63,817 bases of DNA, filler included, from Octopus bimaculoides (GCF_001194135.2; 5 parts of 5 records of this genome joined end to end with filler, not necessarily neighbours in it), one strand, 5' to 3'; counted from the whole stretch's first letter, positions 1 through 13,240 are shown. The notes: a model not told the origin generated them from the sequence alone. Made by a program: numbers and translations.

Positions 1-184
1 ACCACCATACCACATCACATCACACCACCACGCACACACTAGCACTGACCACTTCCCAGCATCCACTCCAGTACCCACACCATCATCCACACACCCACAC
101 ATACACACACGCACACGTCAAGATCACCAGCCCTCTTCCACACGCATATACAAACTCTCTTATACACACGCACGCGCACCTACG

Positions 185-452
185 TTTTGGGATCACTACG
201 ATATTATTATCTCCCCTTCTTCCTAGCTCTCCTGTGTTACCCTCCTGTCCGGCATTCGCCATGATAGATCGCTAACCACTACACATTATTTATTTTCTCT
301 CCTTGTTTCTTTCTGTGTTCCTCTCTGTGGAAGAGCGTAGGCTCGAAACGTAAAAGACTTTTTCACTTCCAGAGCGTTATAGTAATACATCTGTTTGTTT
401 TCTACACCACCTGCCTTCGTCTTTTGGTTTTTTGTGAATTCTCCCTATATGT
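185..452 (+). repeat. PLE pseudo-LTR-like interspersed repeat ending at TA/TG microsatellite (second copy 31965-32140, minus)
   Basis: 280-452 aligns with the reverse complement of 31965-32140 (ttattttctct...gaagagcgtag..tcga...gagcgt...taatacat...cacctg.cttcgtctttt). It carries a hammerhead-like motif. Confidence 0.6.
321..356 (+). ncRNA. Minimal type-I hammerhead-like motif with variant core CUGUGGA
   Basis: CTCT-CTGTGGA-A-GAGC(GTAG)GCTC-GAAA-CGT-A-AAAG: 4-bp stem II, palindromic ACGT helix III, GUA triplet. Position 6 is U rather than A. Confidence 0.4.
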
Positions 453-504
453 GTATGCGTGTATATATATATATTGTGTGTGTATATATATATATATATA
501 TATA

Positions 505-2417
505 CAATTGAAAAAGTTTCATCGCTGAAGGATAAAAGTTTATCCTCGAAAACAACTTTTTGGACTTCGATGACAATATTTACAAACAAATATTTGGGAC
601 TGCGATGGTGTCAAAAGCTGCTCCGACTTACGCCAATCTAGTCATGGTATACATGGAGGTCCAGATATATGAACAATCTAAATTGATATATGGCTTGAAC
701 TTCACAAATATCTACTAGAAAACTGGAAACGTTACCTAGACGACTGCCTAATCCTATGGACGCACACCTCTGAACAACTTGCAGATTTCCAAAATCTAAT
801 CAACAATATAAAAATATTAACTTTACCATGGAATACTACCGTTCCTGGATATACTAATCATCAAAAGAGATAAAAATATTGAAACAGATATTCACTACAA
901 ACAAACAGATTCTAAACAATACTTACTGTTCTCCTCATGCCATCGCAAACACCCGAAGAATAATATCCTCTTTAATCTAGTAAGAAGAATCGGCACAATT
1001 GTCTCAAACCCTGAAACTCGCAATAAAAGACACCAGGAACTAAAACCAAGAACTACTTAAAAGATAATATCCATTAATGTTAATAGACAATACAATAGAA
1101 CGTGACAAAGCAATAAATATCGAAGAACTATGAAAAATAAAAAACAAAAAAACGTTCCCGATACATCCAATATTCTATCCTTTATTACAACACACAAACC
1201 AAGAAACACAGAGGTTTACAATATTATCCACCAGAATATCCGACTACTAAAACATGACCCAAGAATAAAACAAGCATTCGAAATACACAAAATAATCAAA
1301 AATAGTAGACAATCATAGTTCCTCAAAAAATTCCTCACAAGTGCTAAATTACCTTCCACAATTCCTACACCAGCAGTTTAAGAGTCTAGCCGCCCCAATT
1401 GCGGGACCTGCATCAACCTTATTGAAGACACAACATACAAATTCAAATCAGGACAGGTTTTTACCGTAAAAAATCACTTTATATGTTCTTCAAGGAATTT
1501 TATATACGCTATCAAATGTCAAGGATGTAATGAAGATTACATAGGTCAAACAAAGTTTACTCTAAGAAATAGATTAAACATTCACCGACAACAAATAGGA
1601 GACCCCAGTACTAGACAGATTCCACGAAACAGACCTATAAACATATGTGCAAAAAATAAGTCCCCCAAATTCCAGGTCTTACCACTCTACCTATGTTCAG
1701 CGAATACCACAGATGAAGCACGGATAAACAAAGAAAATACTTTCATACAAAAGTCCAAACCAAGACTTAACAAACTTTAACGGAGTACTTGCACAAATAG
1801 CTATTCACGTGCAAAACTCATGCTGCCACTTATCATGAGAAACCTACACAGCTAAAAACATAAACTTTAGTCTCTGGGATATATATACAAATGACTCCTG
1901 TCCACTTTCCCACCAGACAGATTAAATTTGGAGTGCGATGATTATAACTAAACATGTTCACTCAACCGTATCAGCCTTCTTTTTAGATGCAAAATACACT
2001 AACGCACGGACGTAGTGGGAAACGTACAAAAGATTATAAACTTAATCATGTGTTCATTCTCAACAAACGCTTCACAGAAAACATCCAGAGCATTGATTGC
2101 TTGGAATGTTCTGTGAACCGTGTCAGCCTTAACTTACGACGCTAAACTTTGTCACTTGATACTAACACACGGACGTAGCCGGGAGACCAATAAAAATTTC
2201 TAAGACCAGTCGTGTGACTATCTTCTACCAATCAAATCCTATTCATAACATATACTAATTTGAGCCATGAACAACCTATAAAAATGGGGCAAGCTTCAAA
2301 CACTCGTCAGAAGCAAAACAGCTGCGACATATTTGAACTTTTTGAAAATCAGTATAAACTGTAAAACCGGTTAAAGCTTTAAACATATTAATAAAAAATA
2401 TTGTAACTATTCTCAGT
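505..2417 (+). mobile_element. Penelope-like retroelement family 1 (5'-truncated, decayed; RT 3' half, GIY-YIG, 3' repeat)
   Basis: Starts at a (TA)n tract. Translated pieces: ILENNFLDFDDNIYKQIFGTAM, NWKRYLDDCLILW (catalytic YLDD) and NFIYAIKCQGCNEDYIGQTKFTLRNRLNIHRQQI (GIY-YIG). The ORF remnant ends near 1780 and has frameshifts and stops. Confidence 0.85.
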
Positions 2418-2548
2418 NNNNNNNNNNNNNNNNNNNNNNNNNNNNNNNNNNNNNNNNNNNNNNNNNNNNNNNNNNNNNNNATATATATATGTACACAAAC
2501 ATACGCGAACGTACACACACACACATCATAAATACACGCGCGCACATA

Positions 2549-2550
2549 CT

Positions 2551-2625
<75 letters not shown>
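2549..2625. repeat. (TAGA)n microsatellite
   Basis: Direct reading. Confidence 0.95.
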
Positions 2626-2626
<1 letters not shown>

Positions 2627-3756
2627 CAGGTACGTGCTCTTTAGTTAAACAGTACCTGTTTGTAATACACAAACGCAAAAATATATAAAAAGGAATCGGA
2701 GATTCTGCATGCTTCTTCCATATGTTTTCCATCTTGTTTGTCAGAACTGTTGCAAATAAGTAGATATTTACTAGTGAGGGGAAAAAAGAAAGAAGTTCGA
2801 CAATTTGAAGCAAATTTCCTGAGGTTTAGAACATTCAGTCCTTGTTAATCGAGAAGTCAACACCGGTCAAACTCATTTCAGAGTGTCTCAGCTATGACCA
2901 TCCAATGCTTTAATATAAAGAAATTCAATAATCAACGACTTTCTATTAATAATCGTTTACTTTTTCCTTCTTTCTTCAAACATGATTTGAGTAAAATTTG
3001 GTTGGTATTTTTAGTAGATGAGAAGACCATTCTCTGGGTTGGTGGTTTTAAAATTAATTTGGAAAGCAACTTTTGAGCAATGTTCGAAAAATGCTTAAAT
3101 GAATTTGATCAACTCATACGCATTGAGATTACTCTGTCTAATGTAACGCTTATTTATTTGAATTAATCTTGCATTATCTTAACGCTTTGAGGTTTTAATG
3201 ATATGATTGTTTATTCCTACAATGATATTGTAGCAGAGATGTGAGAAGCTGGATCTGATTGGTTTGAACATGAAACAGGTAAAATATTTCGGCTAGATAT
3301 GGTTGAGTTTAAGCGCTAAAGGATTAAACAACATTTGAAGAATGATTAACGAACAATGAGTAATGTTTGAAGAACATTTAAACAACACTAAGTTTTTCGA
3401 AGAAAAAACAAAAGACACTACTATGGATTCTTCAAATCCAATCTATTAGCAGTACAGTGAAGATTTGTAAGACATTTCAAAGATTCTCCACCTGCGATTC
3501 TTAAGGTGAATAGATGCACACACTTGGATGTATTCATCGACAGTTCAACCAACACACAACCTCAACCACATATTCTTAAGTCTCTTAAGTCAAAAGTCTT
3601 GTTGCTTTGTTAGCAACTGGCTTGAACTCTCTCAAGAACTTAAATTAAACCCAAAGGAAAACCATACATGCACACTTGTTTGCCTGCCTGCAAGCATACA
3701 TGCGTACAAACACACACGCACGCACGCACGCGCACACGCACGCACACGCACGCACA

Positions 3757-3827
<71 letters not shown>

Positions 3828-4779
3828 NNNNNNNNNNNNNNNNNNNNNNNNNNNNNNNNNNNNNNNNNNNNNNNNNNNNNNNNNNNNNNNNNNNNNNNNN
3901 NNNNNNNNNNNNNNNNNNNNNNNNNNNNNNNNNNNNNNNNNNNNNNNNNNNNNNNNNNNNNNNNNNNNNNNNNNNNNNNNNNNNNNNNNNNNNNNNNNNN
4001 NNNNNNNNNNNNNNNNNNNNNNNNNNNNNNNNNNNNNNNNNNNNNNNNNNNNNNNNNNNNNNNNNNNNNNNNNNNNNNNNNNNNNNNNNNNNNNNNNNNN
4101 NNNNNNNNNNNNNNNNNNNNNNNNNNNNNNNNNNNNNNNNNNNNNNNNNNNNNNNNNNNNNNNNNNNNNNNNNNNNNNNNNNNNNNNNNNNNNNNNNNNN
4201 NNNNNNNNNNNNNNNNNNNNNNNNNNNNNNNNNNNNNNNNNNNNNNNNNNNNNNNNNNNNNNNNNNNNNNNNNNNNNNNNNNNNNNNNNNNNNNNNNNNN
4301 NNNNNNNNNNNNNNNNNNNNNNNNNNNNNNNNNNNNNNNNNNNNNNNNNNNNNNNNNNNNNNNNNNNNNNNNNNNNNNNNNNNNNNNNNNNNNNNNNNNN
4401 NNNNNNNNNNNNNNNNNNNNNNNNNNNNNNNNNNNNNNNNNNNNNNNNNNNNNNNNNNNNNNNNNNNNNNNNNNNNNNNNNNNNNNNNNNNNNNNNNNNN
4501 NNNNNNNNNNNNNNNNNNNNNNNNNNNNNNNNNNNNNNNNNNNNNNNNNNNNNNNNNNNNNNNNNNNNNNNNNNNNNNNNNNNNNNNNNNNNNNNNNNNN
4601 NNNNNNNNNNNNNNNNNNNNNNNNNNNNNNNNNNNNNNNNNNNNNNNNNNNNNNNNNNNNNATATATATATATGTACAATGTATGTATGCTCGTATGTAT
4701 GTACGTTGTGTGTATGTGTGTGTGTGTATGTACATATTGTATGTTATTCAGTTTTATATCCAATAGAGAAAGACCCTGT

Positions 4780-5640
4780 TTCTAACTTAGATCCTAGGCT
4801 CCTTCGTTGGAATTTCAACATCACCAAGGTATCCAACAATCAAGTGTCTTCCAGGTACTTTTCCAACCTGGAGTTTCTAGCTCACGGTTTATAAGGGTAT
4901 CACCATCAATGCTGTACGTCTTGGGTGTAATGCAGGGACAATAACTCCTTCGAATGATTTTCAGCCACAGAGCATCTTGGTTAAACTCCATCTCTTCTCT
5001 CCGGATTTTCCTCCAGAAGGAGTCTATGTCTTCTTGTGAAGAAGCTTCTGTGATATTTATTGCTTCTCCTCTCATGTTTCTGTACACTGCTGCCTGGTTC
5101 CGGTTAAATATTTTGTTTATTGTCTTCTTTCTCTCGGTTATCCTTTTCTGATACCGAGGTTTCCCACTGACAGCTTTTACCTCCTGCTTGAGGGTGATCA
5201 GTTTGTAAGTGAGTAGATTCCTTTTGCCTTCTCCAAACATCACTTCTATCCCCTTCTTTACTTTCTGTTGGTGAGACGTAAAGTGATTTGCTTATTTGCA
5301 AGCAATAAGCATCATCACATGGCTGATGGTCTTCCGTAAATCAGTTATCTTTTTCTCTGTCTTAAAAAACTCATGACGGCACTCTTTTTCTTGTTTCGGT
5401 TTTGGTTACTTTTTGAGTGTCGTTCATGCACTGCTTTGCAGCAGTAAGCAGGGTGTATAGACAGGCATTAATCTGCCAGAATGATGGTTCATTACACTGC
5501 TGTAAATACTCCTCTCTGATTTCATTAACAGCTTTTAATACCGTGTCTTTTGCTTAGTTTGGTAGAGAATACTCTTTCTTCAAGGGAATACTTCAAAGCC
5601 AAAATTATTTTTTCTTGAAAAATTTTAGTAAGGGCATATT
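4780..5640 (-). mobile_element. R4/Dong-type REL LINE, N-terminal (pre-RT) region, decayed
   Basis: Minus-strand translation AVNEIREEYL..WQINACLY and INKIFNRNQAAVYRNMRG..SQEDIDSFWRKI..PGWKS, resembling the region before the RT domain in R4/Dong ORFs. Confidence 0.6.
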
Positions 5641-5659
5641 TCACCGATATATAACTTTG

Positions 5660-5660
<1 letters not shown>

Positions 5661-5748
<88 letters not shown>
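5661..5748. repeat. (ACT)n microsatellite between two oppositely oriented R4-like segments
   Basis: Direct reading. Confidence 0.95.
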
Positions 5749-5749
<1 letters not shown>

Positions 5750-7025
5750 GCAACTGAGCAACTAAGGATGGAGTATTTCCGAAGACTGAGGTTGGTGTTG
5801 CGCTCAAGATTGACTGGATGGAATAAAATCCAAGCAGTTAATACGTGGGAAATAGCATCACTTCGGTATGAAGCGGGAATTATAAAATGGCAAAAGAGAG
5901 AAATGAAGAAAATGGATACCAAGACCAAGAAAATGTTGACAGTACACGGAGCCTCCCATTCTAAGAGTGATACCGATAGGCTGTACTTGTGCAGAGAAAA
6001 GGGGGGGAGAGGTTTGATCAGCTGTCAGAACTGTATCGAAGCAGAGACGGGTATATAAAAAATGCCGTGGAGCCATTGTTGAAACATACGAAGAAGACTG
6101 ACGTCATCTAAAATGAAAATTATGTAATGAAAGAAAAATTTAAACAAGAAATGAACATAAAAAAAGAAAAAGCATCGAAGGAAATGAAAATGTACGGTCA
6201 GTTTGCAATAGATGTGAACGCAATGACAGATACAGAGGACCAGTGGCTATGGATATGGAGGAGTGACCTGAAGATAGAGACTGAAGCACTCTTATGTGCA
6301 GCTAAAGAACAAGCGTTAAGGACCAACTATGTGGAGTGCAATATAGACAACACTACCGACAGAGACAAATGTAGAATGTGTGGTGAGAGGGGTGAAACAG
6401 TATGGCACAACGTTAGCGAATGCCCGAAATTGGCACAACACGAATATAAAAAACGCCATGACAATGTGGCAAGAATGATCCATTGGGAGCTCTGTGGAAA
6501 TCACGGCCTTCAGAGAGCCAAGACGTGGTATGAGAAAAGACCAGAAGGAGCCACCGAAAATGAGAATTGCAAAATTCTGTGGGATGAAATGATCCAGTGC
6601 GATCACCTGACCAGACATCAGCAACCGGACATTGTTGTGGTGAATAAGAAAGAAAGAACATGTTTGATAATCGACATAGCTAGTCCCAGGGATAACAGGA
6701 TCAATGTGATAGAAGTAAAAATAAACAACTATGACGATTTAAAGTGTGAAATTCGAAGGTTGTGGTCAATGAGGGGAGTAGATGTGATACCAATAGTAAT
6801 TGGTGCATTTGGAAGTATCAGCAATCAACTAGCAACATGGCTGAAAAAGATTGGTGCAAGTGTGAAGATAGAACACCTACAAAAATCAGCAATGTTTGGA
6901 ACTGCAAGAATTCTTAGCAAGGTTCTTGAAGCATGACCAGTAAACAAGTGTCACCTTAGTCTGCTCTGGCTGTGGACAGCTGATACTTTTCATCATACCC
7001 AGCAAAAAAAGCTGTGAGTTTTCAC

Positions 7026-7087
<62 letters not shown>

Positions 7088-7123
7088 AATAATAATAATA
7101 ATAATAATAATAGTAATAATAAT
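5749..7123 (+). mobile_element. R4/Dong-type REL LINE, 5'-truncated, with (AAT/AAC)n tail
   Basis: YFRRLRLVLRSRL..DRLYLCREKGGRGL, then ORF 6127-6936 with a CCHC-like knuckle CRMCGERGETVWHNVSEC..RHD, REL motif PDIVVVNKKERTCLIIDIASP and end AMFGTARILSKVL. The 3'UTR is followed by (AAT)n at 7030-7123. Confidence 0.9.
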
Positions 7124-7134
7124 ATGTTTTTCAA

Positions 7135-7285
7135 ATTTTAGCACAAGGCTAACAAGCTCAGGGGAGAGGTAACGGGCAAGTCGATTATATCGACCCAAGT
7201 GACCAACTGGTACTTATTTTATCAACTTCCAAAGAGTGAAAGGTTAAGTTCACCACGGCGGAATTTGAACTCAGATTGTGACGAA
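7135..7285 (-). mobile_element. tRNA-derived SINE family A, 3' part
   Basis: gtcgattatatcgaccc..ctggtacttattttatc..ggcggaatttgaactcaga, shared with about 10 other copies in the window. B box GAGTTCAAATTCC on the minus strand. Confidence 0.8.
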
Positions 7286-7412
7286 GGACGAGTGGTAATG
7301 GTTGTGGTGGTAGTGGTGGTGTTGGTAGTAAAGGGGTGGAAATGGTTATGGTGGTGTTGGTGTTGGAAATGGAATGTGTTTGTTTAACATTACCGGGAGT
7401 GGCTGAAGCAAT

Positions 7413-7498
<86 letters not shown>

Positions 7499-7509
7499 TA
7501 ATAATAATA

Positions 7510-8925
7510 GACAGGAAAATCCGTTAGCTGTTGATTTGCCGTAAGATGCATCACTCAAAGGCAGATGCAAATCGTCTTTTCCTTCCGGGAGCTCAAGAAG
7601 GTCAAGGCTTGATGCAATTTGAGATTTCTAACAAAACCATCACACTTAGACTGGCCAAATATCTTGAAACATCTAATGACTGGATGCTAAAACTCATTGA
7701 GAAGCACGGGTGACATAAGAATCTTCATTCTGTTAAGTAGGAGAGCAACAAATTTGCTGGTGAGTTCATGCATAATATCCAGGTTGAACGGTATGATGGA
7801 AGTGCGGCAATTCTTGTTGCAAAGAAGGTGAAATCAATGGCAAAGTAAAAAGCGTTTGAATAATTGGTTGATAGGTGGGAACAAAAACCTTTGTATGGCA
7901 AATATGTAGCCCATAGTAAACAAGCTGATGTAGACCAGAAGCACACCATCAGTGGCTACGAAGGCCAAGGCTAAAGGCAGAGAACGAAGGCTTTATCTCA
8001 GCTGCTCAAGCTTATTGACCCGTAACTACCAAGCCAACTTGATGAAAAATGGAGTAGACCCAAAGTGCCGATACTGCAACAATAAGATTGAAACAGTGGA
8101 CCACCTAATCTCCGGGTGTAAAGTTTTAGCACTAACAGTGTATAAATCTAGACATGATAGAGTTGGCCAATATCTACACTGGTTAATATGTCGATATTAT
8201 AAAATCAAAACAGCTGACAGATGATACTAGCACCATCCTGAGGCTGAGGGAGAAAATGTAACGATTCTTCAGGACTTTCTAGTACATACAGACCAGACCA
8301 CCAAAGCTAATAAACCAGATATTGTTGTGAAAAGCCAAAACAATAAAATCTGTTTATTGATCGATATGAGCATACCTTGTGATCATAATATCTCGGCAAA
8401 AGAATTTGATAACTTCAGAAAATATAAAGATTTATTGATTGAAATCGAAAAAATGTCACATCTCAAGACGGTTACAATACCACTGGTTATAGAAGCTCTT
8501 GGATTGATCAAGAAAGGAATTGGAAATTATTTGAGAATGATCCTTAGCTTACCATCCATGCAAGAAGTGCAAAAGGTTGTTTTAACTGGTACGGCACATA
8601 TATTGAGAAGAGCATTGTCTCTGTAAATTTTCTTTCCTTTTCCCCCTTTATTTTCTTTGATTTCCTTTTTTTTTTCATTTTTCCCCATTTAAAATTTTTT
8701 TCTTGTTTCCTTTTTCTTTTTTTCCCTTCCTTCTTTCTTTCATTCTTTCTTTCTTCTTTCCTTTTTTTATCTATTTATTCATTTATTGCTTTTTGTTCTA
8801 TCGCATGACTTTGTAAATGAACAATCTGATGTATTTATTTTAATGGCCTACTAATGTATGCAGTGAGTTTCTTTGCTCTATGTGTCGGGAAGACAGTCGG
8901 CACGAAATGGAAACAAAATTGAAAG

Positions 8926-8982
<57 letters not shown>

Positions 8983-8997
8983 GTAATAATAATAATT
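7510..8997 (+). mobile_element. Second R4/Dong-type REL LINE, 5'-truncated and decayed, between two (AAT)n tracts
   Basis: MHHSKADANRLFLP..GQGL; CRYCNNKIETVDHLISGC..RHDRVG; KPDIVV..CLLIDMSIP..KYKDL..VLTGTAHILRRAL. T-rich UTR, (AAT)n tail 8927-8997, and (AAT)n 7413-7510 at the 5' junction. Confidence 0.88.
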
Positions 8998-8999
8998 TA

Positions 9000-9905
9000 T
9001 TCTTTTATTAGTCACAAAGGCTCACATAAAATAACATTAAAAGACATACAACAGCATAAAAGACAAAAACAGGACGATACAATGGGTTTTTGCGTGTACA
9101 CAATATAAATAATAGTTAAAAATTAAACAAATTAAACTCCCAATAAGGGAGGCGTTTTAAGGTTCTCGTGAAAAAACCCACAAAAGTCATAGGTGCCCGA
9201 ACAACAGGGCAAGAGCCCTTCTCCTTTTGTTTACAGGTGCACGCTCAGAACTGGTCCTTTTCCACTGGCCATTCTTCCAACATTCACCCATCGTTCAACA
9301 AACTTGCTACAAGGCAACCCTTCCCTTCCACCCTCAACTTCTTTTTCAAGTGAAACTCGAAAAAGTTGATGAGGGCTTGGCCAAAGAGGAAAGTACCTGT
9401 CTTTATCCTTTTCAAATGAGTCCACCATACTACCTCTTTTGCTACAGTCACTATACAAATAAAAATTGCCCTCTCCTCTCGGCCAAAAGAGGGCGGTGGG
9501 GCAATCTTCACAATGGGTTCAGCTGATAGCCGGATTTGTCATACATGTGACAGCAGGTGTTTCTTCATAAACCCACAGGTCAGCAATATTCGGGCACTGG
9601 ACTAGGGCGCGCAGAACGGTTTTATCGTTCTGGGCGTACCTCATGCAGGCCCGACTGATAGCACTTCCGTGTCAGTAAAGTTTATCCCGAACAGGCAGCG
9701 CCCCTCGGTAGCACTGCCAGGCAAGGGATTTCTGGAAGTTATCCATAGACCCAGGTCGGAAAGTTCTCCGAAACAGACCGGTTAGTTGATCTTTATCGAC
9801 GCCCAGAGTTTCCCCGAGAATGTCGTTGCACTTTGTCTCCACTAGTCCTCTATAGAACGCTAGAGTGGAACTACCACTGACGGCATTGCCGCACGCAAGA
9901 CACAA
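9000..9905 (-). mobile_element. Tx1/L1-clade LINE, 3' end of ORF2 plus 3'UTR
   Basis: FRPGSMDNFQKSLAWQCYRGALPVRDKLY (zf-RVT-like) and AKEVVWWTHLKRIK. The 3' end is gactaataaaagaataa followed by (TTA)n. Confidence 0.75.
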
Positions 9906-10080
9906 GGGCGATACAAAGCAAGGGACAGTGAAGGTTTACATAAAACACGTGTAAACAATGAAACAGTAACAACAGACAATACAATTATAAAAAAATTAAA
10001 TGCACCAATAGTAGGGACCGCGACCCAACGATGACTAAGAGACCCAACCGATCCCAAGTTTTCCCTGCTCCCTAAGGGCA
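9905..10080 (-). mobile_element. Probable second Tx1-family 3'UTR fused in tandem
   Basis: Begins cacaagggc..gatacaaagcaag..ggtttacata, like the 3'UTR at 14425-14490. Confidence 0.4.
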
Positions 10081-10089
10081 CCATGGTAA

Positions 10090-10232
10090 GTGGATAAGTC
10101 GATTACATCGACGCCAGTGTTCAGTCGACCCCCACCGCCGAAAAGATGAAAGGCAAAGTCGACTTCGGTGGAGTTTGAACTTAGAGCGTTAAGGCGGATG
10201 AAATGCCGCTAAGAATTTTGCCCGGGGTGCCC
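10090..10232 (-). mobile_element. SINE family A fragment
   Basis: aaaggcaaagtcgacttcggtggagtttgaacttagagcg..gaaatgccgctaag. Confidence 0.75.
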
Positions 10233-11759
10233 TGATTGTTAACTACTGTTGCTATTGTTGTTTAACCCCGGGTCAAGGAACCCGTAACCAAAGGTATGCC
10301 ATTGTGACCAACCTCTCTTTTCTTGCTGAAATATATCTTGGAATAACTCTTTCTCACGCCTTCTTTCTTTATTGAAGACACTATGTGTGAGATTTGAGGA
10401 ATGTGCAACTATTATTTTTAGCAGGTCGAACCACAACGTTGAGTTTCCCCCGTTGTTGAGTTACAGGCGTTGTCGATGTCGATGATGATGTTGAAGTGAA
10501 AGATGGCGGCGGTAGATGCGACTGTTGGTGCAGAGGCAGTTTGCTGTGGCGGTAGAGACACGATTACAATGGAGAAGTGAAGATGATGATAAAGAAGGGA
10601 TACAGAAATGTGTAAAAATAAAGTGGTGGTGGAAAACGAATAATGTGGAGTGGTTGGCAGACAATAAAAAAGGAAGAGAGAGAGAGAGAGAGAAGTGTAG
10701 AAAGGGGGTGAGGGAGAAAGAGTTAGGGTTGAAGGAAAGAGAAAGATGGCGAATAAAGTAAGTGTGGTTCCTGTATATATTAATGGCATCAAGATCATCC
10801 ATTAGACGCTGGGTTTTGTGTGTTAAACACCAATCGGATCACAGACTTATAATTCTATCATGTTCGGCTTACTTTGTTTCTGTTATTTTTTTACCTTCTT
10901 TTAAATCCAACACAGCAGGCTATTTTGTGTGAGTGTGTGTGTATGTCTTTGTGAGTATATATATATATATATATATNNNNNNNNNNNNNNNNNNNNNNNN
11001 NNNNNNNNNNNNNNNNNNNNNNNNNNNNNNNNNNNNNNNNNNNNNNNNNNNNNNNNNNNNNNNNNNNNNNNNNNNNNNNNNNNNNNNNNNNNNNNNNNNN
11101 NNNNNNNNNNNNNNNNNNNNNNNNNNNNNNNNNNNNNNNNNNNNNNNNNNNNNNNNNNNNNNNNNNNNNNNNNNNNNNNNNNNNNNNNNNNNNNNNNNNN
11201 NNNNNNNNNNNNNNNNNNNNNNNNNNNNNNNNNNNNNNNNNNNNNNNNNNNNNNNNNNNNNNNNNNNNNNNNNNNNNNNNNNNNNNNNNNNNNNNNNNNN
11301 NNNNNNNNNNNNNNNNNNNNNNNNNNNNNNNNNNNNNNNNNNNNNNNNNNNNNNNNNNNNNNNNNNNNNNNNNNNNNNNNNNNNNNNNNNNNNNNNNNNN
11401 NNNNNNNNNNNNNNNNNNNNNNNNNNNNNNNNNNNNNNNNNNNNNNNNNNNNNNNNNNNNNNNNNNNNNNNNNNNNNNNNNNNNNNNNNNNNNNNNNNNN
11501 NNNNNNNNNNNNNNNNNNNNNNNNNNNNNNNNNNNNNNNNNNNNNNNNNATATATAAAGAAGAATTAGTCTCTTTAGACGGTGTAATATGTGGAGGGAAC
11601 AGGAGATATAGAGAAACAGTCGGATGGCTCGCAGACTTCTTTTTTTCCTTTTTTGTGCTAGGTTAAGTGATCTTTTAACATGTCTATACTTTGTGGAAGA
11701 TGCTATAGAAAGAAAAGGAAAGAAGATAGAAGCAGAGGGATAACTAGATAACTAGTTAG

Positions 11760-12092
<333 letters not shown>

Positions 12093-12325
12093 GGAGAGGG
12101 ATAGAGAATGAGGACAGAAAATGAGGTTGGAAAGACGGATCGCTTCTCTAAGATAATGTTCAGTACATATACTCCCAGGAAGAAAAAACAAAAAACACCA
12201 TCCTTTGTGTACTTTTGAGGTGTGTTTGGTCTTTTATACATTTGCTTCTTTTCCGAGTACAGCATTAACATATGTGTAAGATATTCCTTGTGCCTTAATA
12301 ACAGTTCGCTCCCCACCACCGCCCA

Positions 12326-12366
<41 letters not shown>

Positions 12367-12814
12367 ACTCACTTTTCCTCTCTCCTTCTTTCTCTCTGTC
12401 TCTGGTAGAATTTTTCAACACCTCTGAAACTAACAACACCAAGGAGCCAAAGTGCCAGTAGATTCCATCATATTCTTGGCGTTTACTTGAATTCTCATTA
12501 GACTGTATTAACTTTGAGTTTAGCCACCGGAATAGTTTCTTAAGTAGGTGTAGTTTAGGAACTGTTTTCAGTCTTCGAAAACTATCATAGTGATACATAA
12601 GAGATTTCAGAATGATCGGTAACGAGACAAGATGGGTGGTCTCTATGAGGTGGCTCCATATCCTAGAAATAGCTGTCAGATCTTTCTTAAGTCACTCTTT
12701 GCTCCTTTAAGAAAGGATAGAAAATAGAGAGAATGGATTGTGTAGTCATACACACATACACACACACATACACACACACACACATACACACACACACACA
12801 CATATACATATATA

Positions 12815-12995
12815 GGCGCAGGAGTGGCTGTGTAGTAAGTAGCTTGCTATAGTAGAAGGCATTTGCTCAAGGTGCCACATGGTTCCGGGTTCAGTTCCAC
12901 TGCGTGGCACCATGGGCAAATGCCTTCTATTATAGCCTCGGACCAACCATGCCTTGTGAGTTGATTTGGTAGACGGAAACTGAAAGAAGCCTGTC

Positions 12996-13050
<55 letters not shown>

Positions 13051-13240
13051 TCCCCACCAACATCGCTTGACAACCGATGCTGGTGTGTTTATGTCAACGT
13101 AAACTAGCAGTTCGGCAAAAGAGTTCGATAGAATAAGTACTAGGCATACAAAGAATAAATCCTGGGGTAGATTTACTCAACTAAAGGCGGTGCTCCAGCA
13201 CGGTCGCAGTCAAATGACTGAAACAGGTAAAGGTAAAAGA
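12815..13240 (+). mobile_element. tRNA-derived SINE family B, near full length with internal (TG)n
   Basis: GGCGCAGGAGTGGCTGTGTAGTAAG (A-box region), GGGTTCAGTTCC (B box), internal (TG)n, 3' cagtcaaatgactgaaacaggtaaagg. Several other copies in the window. Confidence 0.85.

Noticed and set aside
2285-2320. CTGACGA..GAAG on minus as a hammerhead
   Set aside because: No stem II, GAAG instead of GAAA, and no stem I partner after a cleavage site.
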